From Psammoneis japonica (lineage: Eukaryota), in contig QPGO01000016.1 in the NCBI GenBank assembly GCA_008632985.1, forward strand, positions 220,840 to 284,839: a stretch of DNA of 64,000 bases, given 5' to 3'. Shown one piece after another: positions 49,570-60,987 of this stretch (its first letter is position 1; the number at the start of each line of letters is the position of its first letter). A program made the position numbers and the translations under genes. Below the pieces are notes generated by a model, which was not told the origin of the DNA, did no database searches, and saw nothing but the letters and a program-made list of their open reading frames with translations.

Positions 49570-52500
49570 TCTCAACGACAGCTCTTGAAAAGTTTCATCT
49601 CTGGGGTCTCCCAAAGAAGCCTCTCAGTGCCTTTTGAATGCAGTTGTTGGGTTGGTTGGTGCACCCCCCATGGTGTCCTTTCACTGTGGGCCAAGGCATT
49701 GCTTTGCTGCAAAATTGCACTCATGAAGTGCTTCCACTGCGGACTTTGGATTTCAAGCCTCGCCCTTGGCTCTGTGTGAAGTGACATGAGGTCACAGCTG
49801 AGCCAGGAGGGTGGCCTTTCAACTCTCAACCACAGCTCTTAAAGTTTCAACTGGGGTCCACTGTGGACACCCAGCACCTTTGGATGGCAGTGGTTTGGTT
49901 TGTTTGTGCATTCACTCATGGTGTCGTTCCACTGCAGAGCTGGGGCTTCAAGTCCCCCCCCCCCTTGGCTTTGTGTGAAGTGACATGTGGGGCCACAGCT
50001 GAGCCAGAGTGGCCTTGCAACTCTTCATCACAGCTCTTGAAGTGTTGTCTGGGGTCCAGAAAAGACACTTGGTGCCTTGTGACTGCAGTTCTTGGGTTGG
50101 CAGGTGCACTCATGGTGTCCCTTCACTGAAGAACTGGGGCTCAAGCCCCCCCTCTGGCTTTGTGCAAAGTGACATGAGGCCACAGCTGAGCCAGGGTGGC
50201 CTTGCAACTCTTTGCCACAGCTCTTGGAGAGTGTTGCCTGGGGCCCAGAAAAGGCACTTGATGCCTTGTGACTGCCGTTGTTGGGTTGGCAGGTGCATTC
50301 ATGGCACCCCTTCACTGCAGAAAAGGGGTTCAAGTCTCACCCTTGGCTTTGTGCAAAGCGACACGGGGCCACAGATGAGCCAGGGTGGCCTTGCAACTCT
50401 CAACCCCAGCTCTTAAAGTGTTGCCTGGGGTCCACCAAAGACACTCAACACCTTGTGCCTGCAGCTGTTGGGTTGGCAGGTGCACTCATGGTGTCCCTTC
50501 ACTGCAGAACTGGGGCTCAAGTCTCGCCCTTGGCTTTGTGCAAAGTGACATGGGACCACAGCTGAGCCAGGGTGGCCTTGCAACTCTCAACCCCAGCTCT
50601 CAAAGTGTCACCTGAGGGGGTCCACCACACGTGCTCAACACCTTGTGACTGTGGTTGTTGGGTTGGCAGGTGCACTCGTGGTGTCCCTTCACCACAGAGC
50701 TGTGCGGGGGGTTCAAATCTCTCACCCTTGGCTTTGTGCAAAGTGACATGGGGCCACAGCTGAGCCAGGGCAGCCTTGCAAATCTCAACCATGGCTCTTG
50801 GAGTGTTGCCTGGGGTCCACCACACATGCTCAACACCTTGTGACTGTGGTTGCTGGGTTGGCAGGTGCACCCGTGGTGTCCCTTCACCGCAGAACTGGTG
50901 CTCAAGTCTCGCCCTTGGCTTTGTGCAAAGTGACATGCTGGGGCCACATCTGAGCCAGGGTGGCCTTGCAACTCTTAACCCCAGCTCTCAAAGTGTTGCC
51001 TCTGGGGTCCACCAAAGACACTCAACACCTTGTGACTGCAGCTGTTGGACTGGCAAGTGCGTTCATGGCATCCCTTCACTGCAGAAAAGGGGTTCAAGTC
51101 TCACCCTTGGCTTTGTTCAAAGTGACATGGGGCCACAGCTGAGCCAGGGTGGCCTTGCAACTCTCAACCCCAGCTCTTGGGGTGTTGACTGGCATCCTCC
51201 AAAGACACTCAACACCTTGTGACTGCAGCTGTTGGGCTGACAAGTGCATTCATGGCATCCCTTCACTGCAGAAAAGGGGTTCAAGTCTCACCCTCAGCTT
51301 TGTTCAAAGTGACATGGGGCCACAGCTGAGCCAGGGTGGCCTTGCAACTCTTAACCCCAGCTCTTAAAGTGTTGCCTGGGGTCCACCAAAGACACTCAAC
51401 ACCTTGTGACTGCAGCTGTTGGGCTGGCAAGTGCATTCATGGCATCCCTTCACTGCAGAAAAGGGGTTCAAGTCTCACCCTTGGCTTTGTTCAAAGTCGC
51501 ACGGGGCCACAGCTGAGCCAGGGTGGCCTTGCAAACCTCAACCATGTCTCTTGAAGTGTCACCTGGGGCCCACCACATGTGCTCAGCACCTTGTGGTGAC
51601 TGTGGTTGTTGGGTTGGCAGGTGCACTCATGGTGTCCCTTCACCACAGAACTGTGCGGGGGTTTCAAATCTCTCACCCTTGGCTTTGTGCAAAGTGACAT
51701 GGGGCCACAGCTGAGCCAGGGCAGCCTTGCAAATCTCAACCATGGCTCTTGGAGTGTCGCCTGGGGTCCACCACACATGCTCAACACCATGTGACTGTGG
51801 TTTGGTGGGTTGACAGGTGCACTCACAGTGTCCCTTCACCACAGAACTGGTGCTCAAGTCTCGCCCTTGGCTTTGTGCAAAGTGACATGCTGGGGCCACA
51901 TCTGAGCCAGGGTGGCCTTGCAACTCTTAACCCCAGCTCTCAAAGTGTTGCCTCTGGGGTCCACCAGAGACTTTCAACACCTCGTGACTGCAGCTGTTGG
52001 ACTGGCAAGTGCGTTCATGGCATCCCTTCACTGCAGAAAAGGGGTTCAAGTCTCACCCTTGGCTTTGTGCAAAGTGACATGGGGCCACAGCTCAGCCAGG
52101 GTGGCCTTGAAACTCTCAGCCATGTCTCTCAAAGTGTCACCTGGGGCCCACCACATGTGCTCAACACCTTGTGAAGGTGGTTGTTGGGTTGGCAGGTGCA
52201 CTCATGGTGTCCCTTCACTGCAGAACCTGGGCTCAAGTCTCGCCCTTGGCTTGACATGAGGAGAGACAGGTGGCATTGCAGCACTTGACCATGGCTCTTA
52301 AAATGTTCACTGGGGTCCACCAAAGACACTCAACACCTTGTGACTGCAGTTGTTGGGTTGTCAGTCAGGCACATTCATGGCGTCCCTTTGCTGAAAAATT
52401 TGGGCTAAAGTCTCAGCACCCTTGTGTTTGTGTGAAGTGTCGCGGGGTCTCAGTTGCACCACGGCGGCTTTTCAGCTCCCAACCGCGGCTCTGAAAGTGT

Positions 52501-52890
52501 CACCTGGGGTTCACCAAAGACAGTCAATGCCTTTTGACAGCAGTGGTTGGGAGGGCAGGTGAGACTTGAACCCCACTTCATTGCAAAACTGGGGTTGAAG
52601 TCTCGCCCTTGGCTTTGTGCAAAGTGACATGGGGCCACAGCTGAGGCAGCCAGGGTGGTCTTGCAACTCTCAACCATGGCTCTTAAAGTGTTGCCTGGGG
52701 TCCACCAAAGATGCTCAACACCTTGTGACTGCAGTTTTTGGGTTGGCAGGTGCACATTCATGGCATCTCATTGCTGCAGAGCTGGGGTTCAAGTTTCACC
52801 CTCAGCCAGGGTGGCCTTGAAACTGTTGCCCATGGCTCTTAAAGTGCTGCCTGGGGTCCACCAAAGATGCTCAATGCCTTGTGACTTTCG
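49570..52890 (+). repeat. Satellite array, about 17 monomers of 187-198 bp
   Basis: CCAGGG landmark at 50191, 50380, 50567, 50765, 50955, 51144, 51331, 51518, 51716, 51907 and 52096. Diverged monomers at both edges. Confidence 0.95.
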
Positions 52891-53775
52891 CAAAGTTGCA
52901 AAGCAGGGTGATGAAAGCATTTTGTTTGATGTGAACCTGGGCAATTCTGTGTGACATTTTAACGTTTAAAGATGTCAATTGTTTTGTCCAACACTGAATG
53001 TGGAATGCAAAACACATGATGAGATGGTGTTTTCCAGATTTGAACTGACCTTTTCAGAGCATTTGCAACTCGGGCAGTGAGAAAATGAGTGGATCACAAA
53101 TTGCTTTGTTTTCTAAGAGGGGAGAGAGTTGAAGATGACCAGACTCCAACTCAACTTGGGCTGGATGATCAGGGCCAAATTGAGATGTTGTGCTTGCAGC
53201 AACTGGGTGTCAGGTTTCAGTGCCAGATGTCCAAAAGCTCAGAGAACAGTGGCGGCTGTTTCTGAGCTGGGTGCTCTTGAGCATCAGTCGCAGCCATTTT
53301 GAAGCAACACCACCAGCATGAACGCACTTTGTTCTTGTTGCCTGTTTGCTGACTGGCTCAAATGGAGTGGACACAGAAACATTGTGTTGCATCTTCGGCT
53401 TTGTTGTTGAGACTGATCTTGAAAAGACGCTGCCACTCAAACTCAAGCACCAGCTTTGGGCACAAAAAATTCCATCCACCGCCTTCTTTGGTGGTCCCTG
53501 CCCCTGCATCTGGAGTGTCCTTGCCCACCCAAAAGATGACGGGGTTCTTTGGTGTGTGGTTTTGCGTGCTGAATGAAATGTGTGAGGAGATGGGCACACT
53601 CAGCTTCATGATGTGAGAGAAAAACAGGCAAGAGAAAAACAAACACTCTGTCTCTCACCAAGGCTGTGTTGAGGGGACTTGCCAACAAAGGAAAATGACA
53701 ACTCTTTTGCCACTGGCTTGCTCCTTCGGCTGTGGTCACTTGGCCAAAGCACTCCATTTTTCTCAATGATGCCTT

Positions 53776-54222
53776 GTGCAACATGCAGCCACCAATGAGA
53801 GTCAACGCATCACGGCGACGTGTTACAGCCTTTAAATGTCACAAAGGGCGTGACAAAAACAACCTTTTGTCTGCATGCATGCTTCATTGTGAATTCACAG
53901 CGGAGTGGTACATCGTGACCACTGGGCAGGAGGCCAGGGGTTCGAAACCCGAGTGGGAGTTGTCTGCAGCAACGTTGATCACTGTCGAACGCGTAAAACT
54001 CTGTGCAGTTCTGTATGTTCCTTCGTACGTACCCACACTGTTCCGCCAAAACCGTGCAGTGTCAGCACACGTCAGTAAAGAGCCGCATGGACGCGTGACA
54101 CATGGGGAGGAGTGCAACACACAGCCACTGATGAGAGTTAATGTATCACGGCGACGTGTTACAGCCTTTAAATGTCACAAAGGGCGTGACAAAAATGACC
54201 TTTTGTCTGCATGCACACTTCA
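53776..54222 (+). repeat. 111-bp direct repeats (53776-53886, 54112-54222) enclosing a tRNA-like sequence
   Basis: Gap-free alignment at offset 336. Confidence 0.92.
53891..53960 (+). mobile_element. tRNA-derived Pol III promoter / SINE-head-like element
   Basis: A-box-like CAGCGGAGTGG (53898) and B-box GGTTCGAAACC (53939) in a GGG-TTCGAAA-CCC T-arm. Acceptor and anticodon stems are poor. Confidence 0.6.
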
Positions 54223-55396
54223 CTTGCCCCCCCCCCCCGCCCCTTTGCCAAGGGTTTTCAGAAATGGCTGTGGGCTGGCAGATGAGCTGCTGCTTGCTGT
54301 GTGCAGCACCAACACACTCATCTCATGCTTGTCTGGTGGGCAACACTTGCTTGTTTCTTGCTTTCTGTGTCTCCCTCTGCACTGCCCCCCCCCCCCCCCC
54401 CCGCAAGCAGAGGAGTGCAGTTGCAGCTGGCTTGCTGACTGGCGCACACTTGTTGGTCTTGCTGATCTCTGATGAGAAATCACTGCATGGGTTGCAAGCA
54501 CATTTCTGTCACCACTGCCACCTTTGCCATGTGTCAACTGCGGCTGTGCAGAAACTGAAAAGCAAGTGCCAGACCCACAACTCAGCAGGAGCTGTGAGCG
54601 CAAGTTTGCCACATCGCCAACAATTGCCAGTGCATCCTTTGCTGCAACATGCCATCTGTCTGTCCTGCAAAGAACTGCCTTGCACCCCAGCACTCCAACA
54701 GCGGCACTTGTTCTCTCCAAAAAGAACAAACAACAAACCAATCACTCACAGGGTTTTTGCAGGTCTTTGATGCACCACAGAAAGTTGGTGCATCATGAGG
54801 CAGCCACAAAGCAGATCTGTGTGACACAGAAACAGCAGCACAGGCAAGCTCAGATGTGGCCAGTTCAGCGGCTGTGTCTGAGTGGCTTTGGAGGAGCATG
54901 TTCTTCAATTGAAAGTCGCTGAAGTTGTCACAAGTTTGCATTTGTGCTGCACTTGACAAAAGGCAAATGGCGCCTGCAGACTGGACAAAATGTGCAGGAG
55001 CTTTGACGGCATCATTTTTGTTGTTGCAAGGCAACAGAAGCTTTGGCAAAGATGTGGATGGTGGTTGTCATTGTCATGTTGCTGGGGCACCTGCTTGCTT
55101 CTCATGATGTTTTGTTGTGCTCTGGGCTGATGGAATCTCAAAGAGCATTTCAAGCTGGTGACATCTGTCATTGTTTGGCAGAAAAGACTCCAAAGCATTT
55201 GGGCATTGGGCCTCACATTTTTCACTGGTTGACCAGGGCAACCTTTCAGACCCGTTGTTCCCACCACCACCAAAGTGACCCCAAAGTTGACAAAGTCACC
55301 ACAGAGAGTGCAGAGCGGCACTTTGAGCATGGGCTGAGCTGGGAGGGGTGCTTTTCCACTCAGCTCACTGCACTCCAGGCAGTGGGGGGGGTGCCA

Positions 55397-55681
55397 TGTG
55401 TGTGAGCAGGGGAAAAGCCAGACAAGAAAAAAGCAGCACAAAAAGATGTTGTTTGTTGATGCCAAACAAATGACAAAATGAGCTCACACAGTTGAAATTT
55501 GCAGAGGAAGCACATCGCTGCTTGCACAACATGGGGGCATGTGTGTGAGCAGGGGCAAAGCCAGACAAGAAAAAAAGCAACACAAAAAGACATGTGTTGT
55601 TTGTTGACGTGCCAAACAAACAACAAAAAATGAGCTCACAGTTGAAATTTGTGGAGGAAGCACACCACTGCTTGTGCAACA
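55397..55681 (+). repeat. Imperfect tandem repeat, 2 x ~140 bp
   Basis: GTGTGTGAGCAGGGG.AAAGCCAGACAAGAAAAAA...TGAGCTCACA..GTTGAAATTTG..GAGGAAGCACA occurs twice. Confidence 0.88.
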
Positions 55682-57296
55682 CTGCTGCTCACCTCAGGTC
55701 AGGGCAGCCACCTCACTTTGCTCCTTTTGTTGGTTGTGGGGAAACTGCCCAGCAGTGTGCACGCATGAGGAGCTCACATGCAACGTCACCCACCAGCGGC
55801 GCAGGGGTGGAGCAGGGACAGATGTGGGAAGCAAGGGTGGAACTGAGTCATGCATGCAGGAAAAGGGGTGGGTTTCAGGTTGGGGTTGGAGAGTTGGGAT
55901 TGCAGTTTGGCAGAGCATTGGGTCAGTTGGTCAGCGAGCGATTTGGCAGTCACAAAGCTCAGGCTTTGAAGGCCCCGCTGCGATGGAGCCGAAGTGTGGT
56001 GGGCCAGGGGGCAGAATCATCATGCAGTGGACATGTTCTGCCAAGGGGCAGCAGCAGCAGCAGCAGCAGGGAGAATGGCAGACAGCGGCAGTTGGGTGCA
56101 GTCATGTGCTGCATGGGTGGCTGGATGTTGAAAGGAGGATTGAGCAGCCCAGAGAGGGGCTGGTGGAGCAGATGCGTTCCAGCCCCAGGTGGGACTCCGT
56201 GTGACATTGGGCCCGTGGAATTCTGCGTGCGAGCTCCGCAGCACAAGAATTTAATTGATGGATGCATTTGTCTTCAACATCAAATAAACGGCCAAGTTTG
56301 TGGTGCAATTTTGCCCCTTGCCACTCGACGTTTTTGCAAATGCACCTGCCCTGCGCGATTTTTAAGACATTGTAGAATCGCGCTGCAGCAACAAATGTCA
56401 AAAGTTTTTGGACGGATCGCTCAACAAGCACACCATAAAATGACACAAGATGTCGAAAAAATCACGTAGAAATCTACGTGCGCGACATACGACGTGATTC
56501 AAAAAACTGTCGATGTCACAGTTCAGCAGTGCGAGGTCCCACCTGGACCTGGAGCACGTCAGCAGGGGGATGGGGTGTTCTTGGTTGGCTTCGAAAAGAA
56601 GAAGAAGGTGGTGAGCGAAGCAGCCAGGGGCTCCCAGGTGGTCGACGGTGAAGGGAATGAGGTAAATGCCGGCGTCGTTGAGAGCAGATGTAAGGGTGGC
56701 TTCTCTGTGCGATCGACCACAGGCTCGAGATGTTCGTCAGAGTGGCTCTCTGCCTGCCGCCTGGGAGTGCCGCATCTCATTTTCGGAACATCACCGAACT
56801 TCGTTCATGTGCATACAATACACATACAATGTGGCGGGTCATTTTCACGTACTCGTATGTTTGAAATGTACAACATACATGCCTGAAAATATATAATGGA
56901 GCCCAAACCATTGATTTGGAAACGTGTTACGTCATCACTATCGAAAATATGTACTTTACTGGGGTACGTGGCACTGACCTCAACATTCTATGCAAATGCA
57001 TGTCGTACTTTTTGATCGTTGAATACTTCGTATGTACAATCATACATGAGAATGATACCGCAGTGATACAAGTGCGCACGCGAGAATTTGATTGGTTCGC
57101 ATTTGACACCTTGGTAGGTTTTGTACTGTGAGCTACGCAGGCTCATGAAAGTTCTGCGATCTTTTGCTAATGCGCCTGTCGTGCGTAGATTTTGTACCAA
57201 GCTCAACGGATTCAATCTCTCATCACAAACATCAAAATCAGCAGGCCATGGCCAAAGATTGAAACCGACCATTGTATTCCTGAATCGCCATTCACC

Positions 57297-57986
57297 ATGT
57301 GTAGAGGAGCTGTACCAAAACGCCCCAAGACCTTAAAGGTCCCCATAGACTTGTTGAAGAAGGAGAGCGGTGACAAGAGCCGCGATTCCATCCGAACACT
57401 CTCGTTCTCCGAAAGCAGCACATGCAGCAGTTCCTGTTGTTCGTTCCGAGACGATGAACCCAAGAGCTGCCTCAAAATAAAGACACAAGAAGAATCACTC
57501 AAGACAAATACAAACAGGTTTCATTTATACCCAGCCGAGAGGTCGGTCAGTTTTTCCACTCTGGAAATCCGACTCTATCCTCTGGCGATTGGTGATAATC
57601 CCTGCGTAAGTTCTGGTCCTCCCATGACCATGGGCTGGAAGCACGCAGCTACACTGCATTGTAAGGTGGACGAATTCAAACAGGAAAGCTGTTCTCGAGA
57701 AGACTTGAGAATTCCCAGCTTGGTCCGTCAAGAACTGTTGCACGACGAGGGCTTTGCCCGAAGTGAAATCAGAGCTGCAACCGTGCAAGCCATGAAGATC
57801 AAGGAGCAACGTCTAGCCAGCATGAAGGACAGCCTGCCGCTGATTCAAGCCAAGGAATTGGCGTCACGCAAATTGAAGAAATGGATCTTGCATACACCAA
57901 GTGACAAGAAACTCTATCAACAGTGGAAAGAGCAACAAGAAGCAATCCATAGCAACCAACTCGTTGCGATTGCTTGTCCGCTCTGA
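57297..57986 (+). CDS. Diatom-type hypothetical protein
   Basis: RSVSFSTLEIRLYPLAIGDNPCVSSGPPMTMGW...LRIPSLVRQELL..GF resembles a widespread expanded diatom family of unknown function. Confidence 0.8.
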   Translation: MCRGAVPKRPKTLKVPIDLLKKESGDKSRDSIRTLSFSESSTCSSSCCSFRDDEPKSCLKIKTQEESLKTNTNRFHLYPAERSVSFSTLEIRLYPLAIGDNPCVSSGPPMTMGWKHAATLHCKVDEFKQESCSREDLRIPSLVRQELLHDEGFARSEIRAATVQAMKIKEQRLASMKDSLPLIQAKELASRKLKKWILHTPSDKKLYQQWKEQQEAIHSNQLVAIACPL

Positions 57987-58409
57987 GGAAAGCAAGCTTT
58001 CCGATTTGACGGTAACATTTTTGAGAGGGACGCTAGAACGCAAACGCCGTCTCTTGTAAATAGCTACATAATACACAATTTTAAGATCTTAAATTTAGTT
58101 TCGCACCTTTACCAGCCTGTAGTAGCTCGGACTGATACTCGTAGAGTAGAAGGTGTAACTGCTGCTGAGGAACCAGAGATATCTCTCGGCTACACAGAAA
58201 TGCTGTAGGATCTATTCATAAAATACAGCTGTGTGACTTTTGACAAGTATCTATGGCCGGCAACGCGTTTGGTGGGGCAAGTAAGGACATCTACTGTATT
58301 GGTGCATTGTGTGCGGGCTACCGCTCAGGACTCAGGAGCAAACCGATGATTATTCGAATAATACTTCTTAGGATTGACTAGCACTTTGTGAGTTTGAATG
58401 TTGCATGGG

Positions 58410-60104
58410 TCAAGCTTTGCCAGCTGGTTTGCTTTCATGATGCTCCCATGCTAAAATTACAATGCGAGCAAAAGTATAATAGTAATGTTAGTGTAGGGAA
58501 AGTTCCAAAGGAGAATACGATAGCCGGTCTTCCGCTACTACTCAAAGTGTACCACTCGACAAAAACTTACCTTCAGATACAGTATCCCACAATAGTGTAC
58601 AGGCAAACGACTGCTGTTCGTCCAAATCCTTGGGTAGCTTGTCGGGATGAAGAAAGAATCGAACCTTGCGTACCGCCTTTTTGAGCTTTTCCGTCTTGGT
58701 GTCGTGGCACAAGTAATTGATGGGTTTCCACGTCGTAAAGTAGTCGTGAGGTGCCATACCAAAGGCGGGAGGAAACACCGTATGAATCGACGTGAGCAGA
58801 GCATAAATGGGTCGCAGTGACTGACCGTTATTGGGTTGCAGTGCCCAATTTGTCAGAATGTTCTTTTTCAATGTTGCAATAGCGTCCTGTTCGGTCGTTT
58901 TTTGTACAGCAGAGACTTTAGGAGGTTGCGGCGCTGCCCGAGGCATTTGGGGAACAGATGGTCTCGTGGAAGGATGATGCTTGTTGTTTCGCGGTGTAAA
59001 CACTGGTTGTGCCGGTGGGGTTGGCGCCCGAGGCGTTGGCTTGGGGGCAGTCGAAGCCTGATGGTAGCCAGGCGTTGGGTGTGGGCGTGCTGCCGACGGC
59101 GTTGTATTGTACACTGGCGGCGGCACAACTGGAGGAGTACTAGTAGGCGGTGTTGCTGAAAAGGCTGCTGCTGCTGGATGGTGACTTGTGGTGAATCCGG
59201 TATGAGGAGTGTGGAGCTTTTTCTTTTCGTGCTCCTGCATGTGCTGCTTGGCATGCCAATTCTTTTCCCATTCTTGTCTTTGTGCCGCAACCGCAGCAGC
59301 TTGCTGCGCTTGCCACTGTGCCTGTTGCTCCTTCATTTCCTTGCTTGGACGTCGCGTAGTAGTACTTGCAGCGTTTATTGATGACTGCAGTTTCTTTTCC
59401 GCTTCCTGTACGCTTCGTTCACGTCTTCTGCTGGCCCGTTCCTTTGCCAAGCTCTCTTGGACTTGCGCGTGCTTTTTGCGTCGTTCGGCAGCCTCCTTTT
59501 CCAGCAGCAGACGCTTTTGAGCTTCTCGTGCCTTCTCCATTCGCTCTTGTCTTTCTTTTTCTTTGGCAAGTCGCTGTCGCTTTTCCTCTTTGTATGCATC
59601 TATCGAAAAAGCTTCAGGTTTTATATCGGTTTCAGCTTTCCGTTTCAGCTCAGTTTCTTTCTCTGTCGTCACTTTTTTTTCTACAGATGTTTTGGGTTGT
59701 TTGTCAGTCTTCTCATTCTCACATTCCATTTCTGCGCCTTTTTCCTCGTCAACTGGGTCGCTTTCATCTTTCTTTGATTCAGTTTTCTCCTCCTCTTCAG
59801 AAGTCATCGCAGCTTTTGGTGGAGGCACCTCTTTTTCACGTTTCTCAGGCAGAATATGCTCCTTCAACTCTTGTTCTATACCATCATTCTCTGAATTCTT
59901 CTCTTCCCTTTTATTTTCTTCGCACTCTTGCACAGTCCCGATATCCATAACGTTGATTGGGTCAGCCGTTGTTTCTTTTTGTTTTGGCTTGTCATGCGAA
60001 AACGAACTAAACAATTCCGAGATACTCTCGTCCGCCCCACAACAAACCCAGCTCCCACAGAACCACATTGAACTCTTGGACGATGAATTATCGTTCGGCG
60101 CCAT
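58410..60104 (-). CDS. Auxilin-like C-terminal J-domain protein with coiled-coil and Pro-rich regions
   Basis: WALQP..LRPIYALL..LKKAVRKVRFFLHPDKLP. Intron 58451-58570 gives the ending VSEAWEHHESKPAGKA*. Confidence 0.85.
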
Positions 60105-60987
60105 GGTCAATCTCGCTGTTGTTTCGTCGTCTCAAAGTAACGACATTACCATGCCGGCGTCCATCTTTGTACGCACCGGTATGTTGCCATGCATCGGCTC
60201 TCGTCATTCGTGCTTTTCGCTGACGTGTCCGTTGAAATAACGGTAGAAACCGTTATTTTATATACTCGTAGGCAGCAAGTAAAGACAAATAATATCATTC
60301 GGTGCTTAAGAGATTGCATACAGTATGGCAAATGTAGGTGCCACGAGCTCGAATTTAATGTTTTTAGTCTCCCGGATCGTACAATCGTGTCAACGATAGT
60401 GATGACGACTCTAGCTAGCTAGTCCATGCATCCAAAGCAGAATACGCCTACACTAACTCTTCTTTCGATTCGTTGTAACGAGGAGGCATGTTGCTGGCGA
60501 AATTGCCGACACCTCGGCGGTAGCGGTCTTCTTTGCTTGGTTGACTATCACACTCTCTCTAGCTAGGTGAATCAGTATTTTTTTCGCGTTCGTTTTCTAA
60601 TTGATAGACTGTCACACTCTGTAGTGAATCAGCGATTTCGATCTGGATCTGATGCCACAGTTTAGTTTCACAGGGCTGCATCGCAAACGAGACTGAGGAA
60701 AAGGAACTGCTTCTTCCGGGGCTTTATGCTAATCTAAGTCAAAAGCAGGATTAGTAGCGGGGAAGTCTCTCGTCTACCGTACTGCAGCTAGCTCTGAAAT
60801 ACGTCATGGAACGCACCAAGCTACTGTACCGGTGAACAAGTGTCCTTTGACTGTTCCAGAGACTCCTTTTTAGAATGATTGCAGCGAAGGTTATACCCAA
60901 TTGAGCCACAATCGACCAAGAATGAATTGCACCTTCCTTTTGCTCTTATGCAACAAATCAAAAGTCGGCAAGAGACTTTTGCCAGCT

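Larger units (their letters stand above)
47690..56300. mobile_element. Large decayed repeat block 7 (copia relic, satellite, SINE-like element, other relics)
   Basis: About 8.6 kb of CG/TA-depleted DNA with no host gene recognisable. Confidence 0.75.

Noticed and set aside
49570..52890. Regular repeat array as a CRISPR array or coding repeat
   Set aside because: Whole ~189-bp units are repeated with no unique spacers and no cas genes, in a eukaryote. Unit lengths of 187, 190 and 191 break frame.
53891..53960. Functional tRNA gene
   Set aside because: Only the A/B boxes and T-arm are convincing; acceptor and anticodon stems do not pair well.
1300..56300. Classical fungal RIP
   Set aside because: RIP raises TpA and depletes CpA/TpG. 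The pattern here is the reverse, and duplicated genes are spared.
1400..56400. Dozens of overlapping Cys/His/Gln-rich ORFs in the converted blocks (e.g. 28830..29930, 36386..37168, 55594..56469)
   Set aside because: By-product of TA loss: TAA/TAG stops and Tyr codons are erased and TGY/CAN codons inflated. No domain similarity seen.
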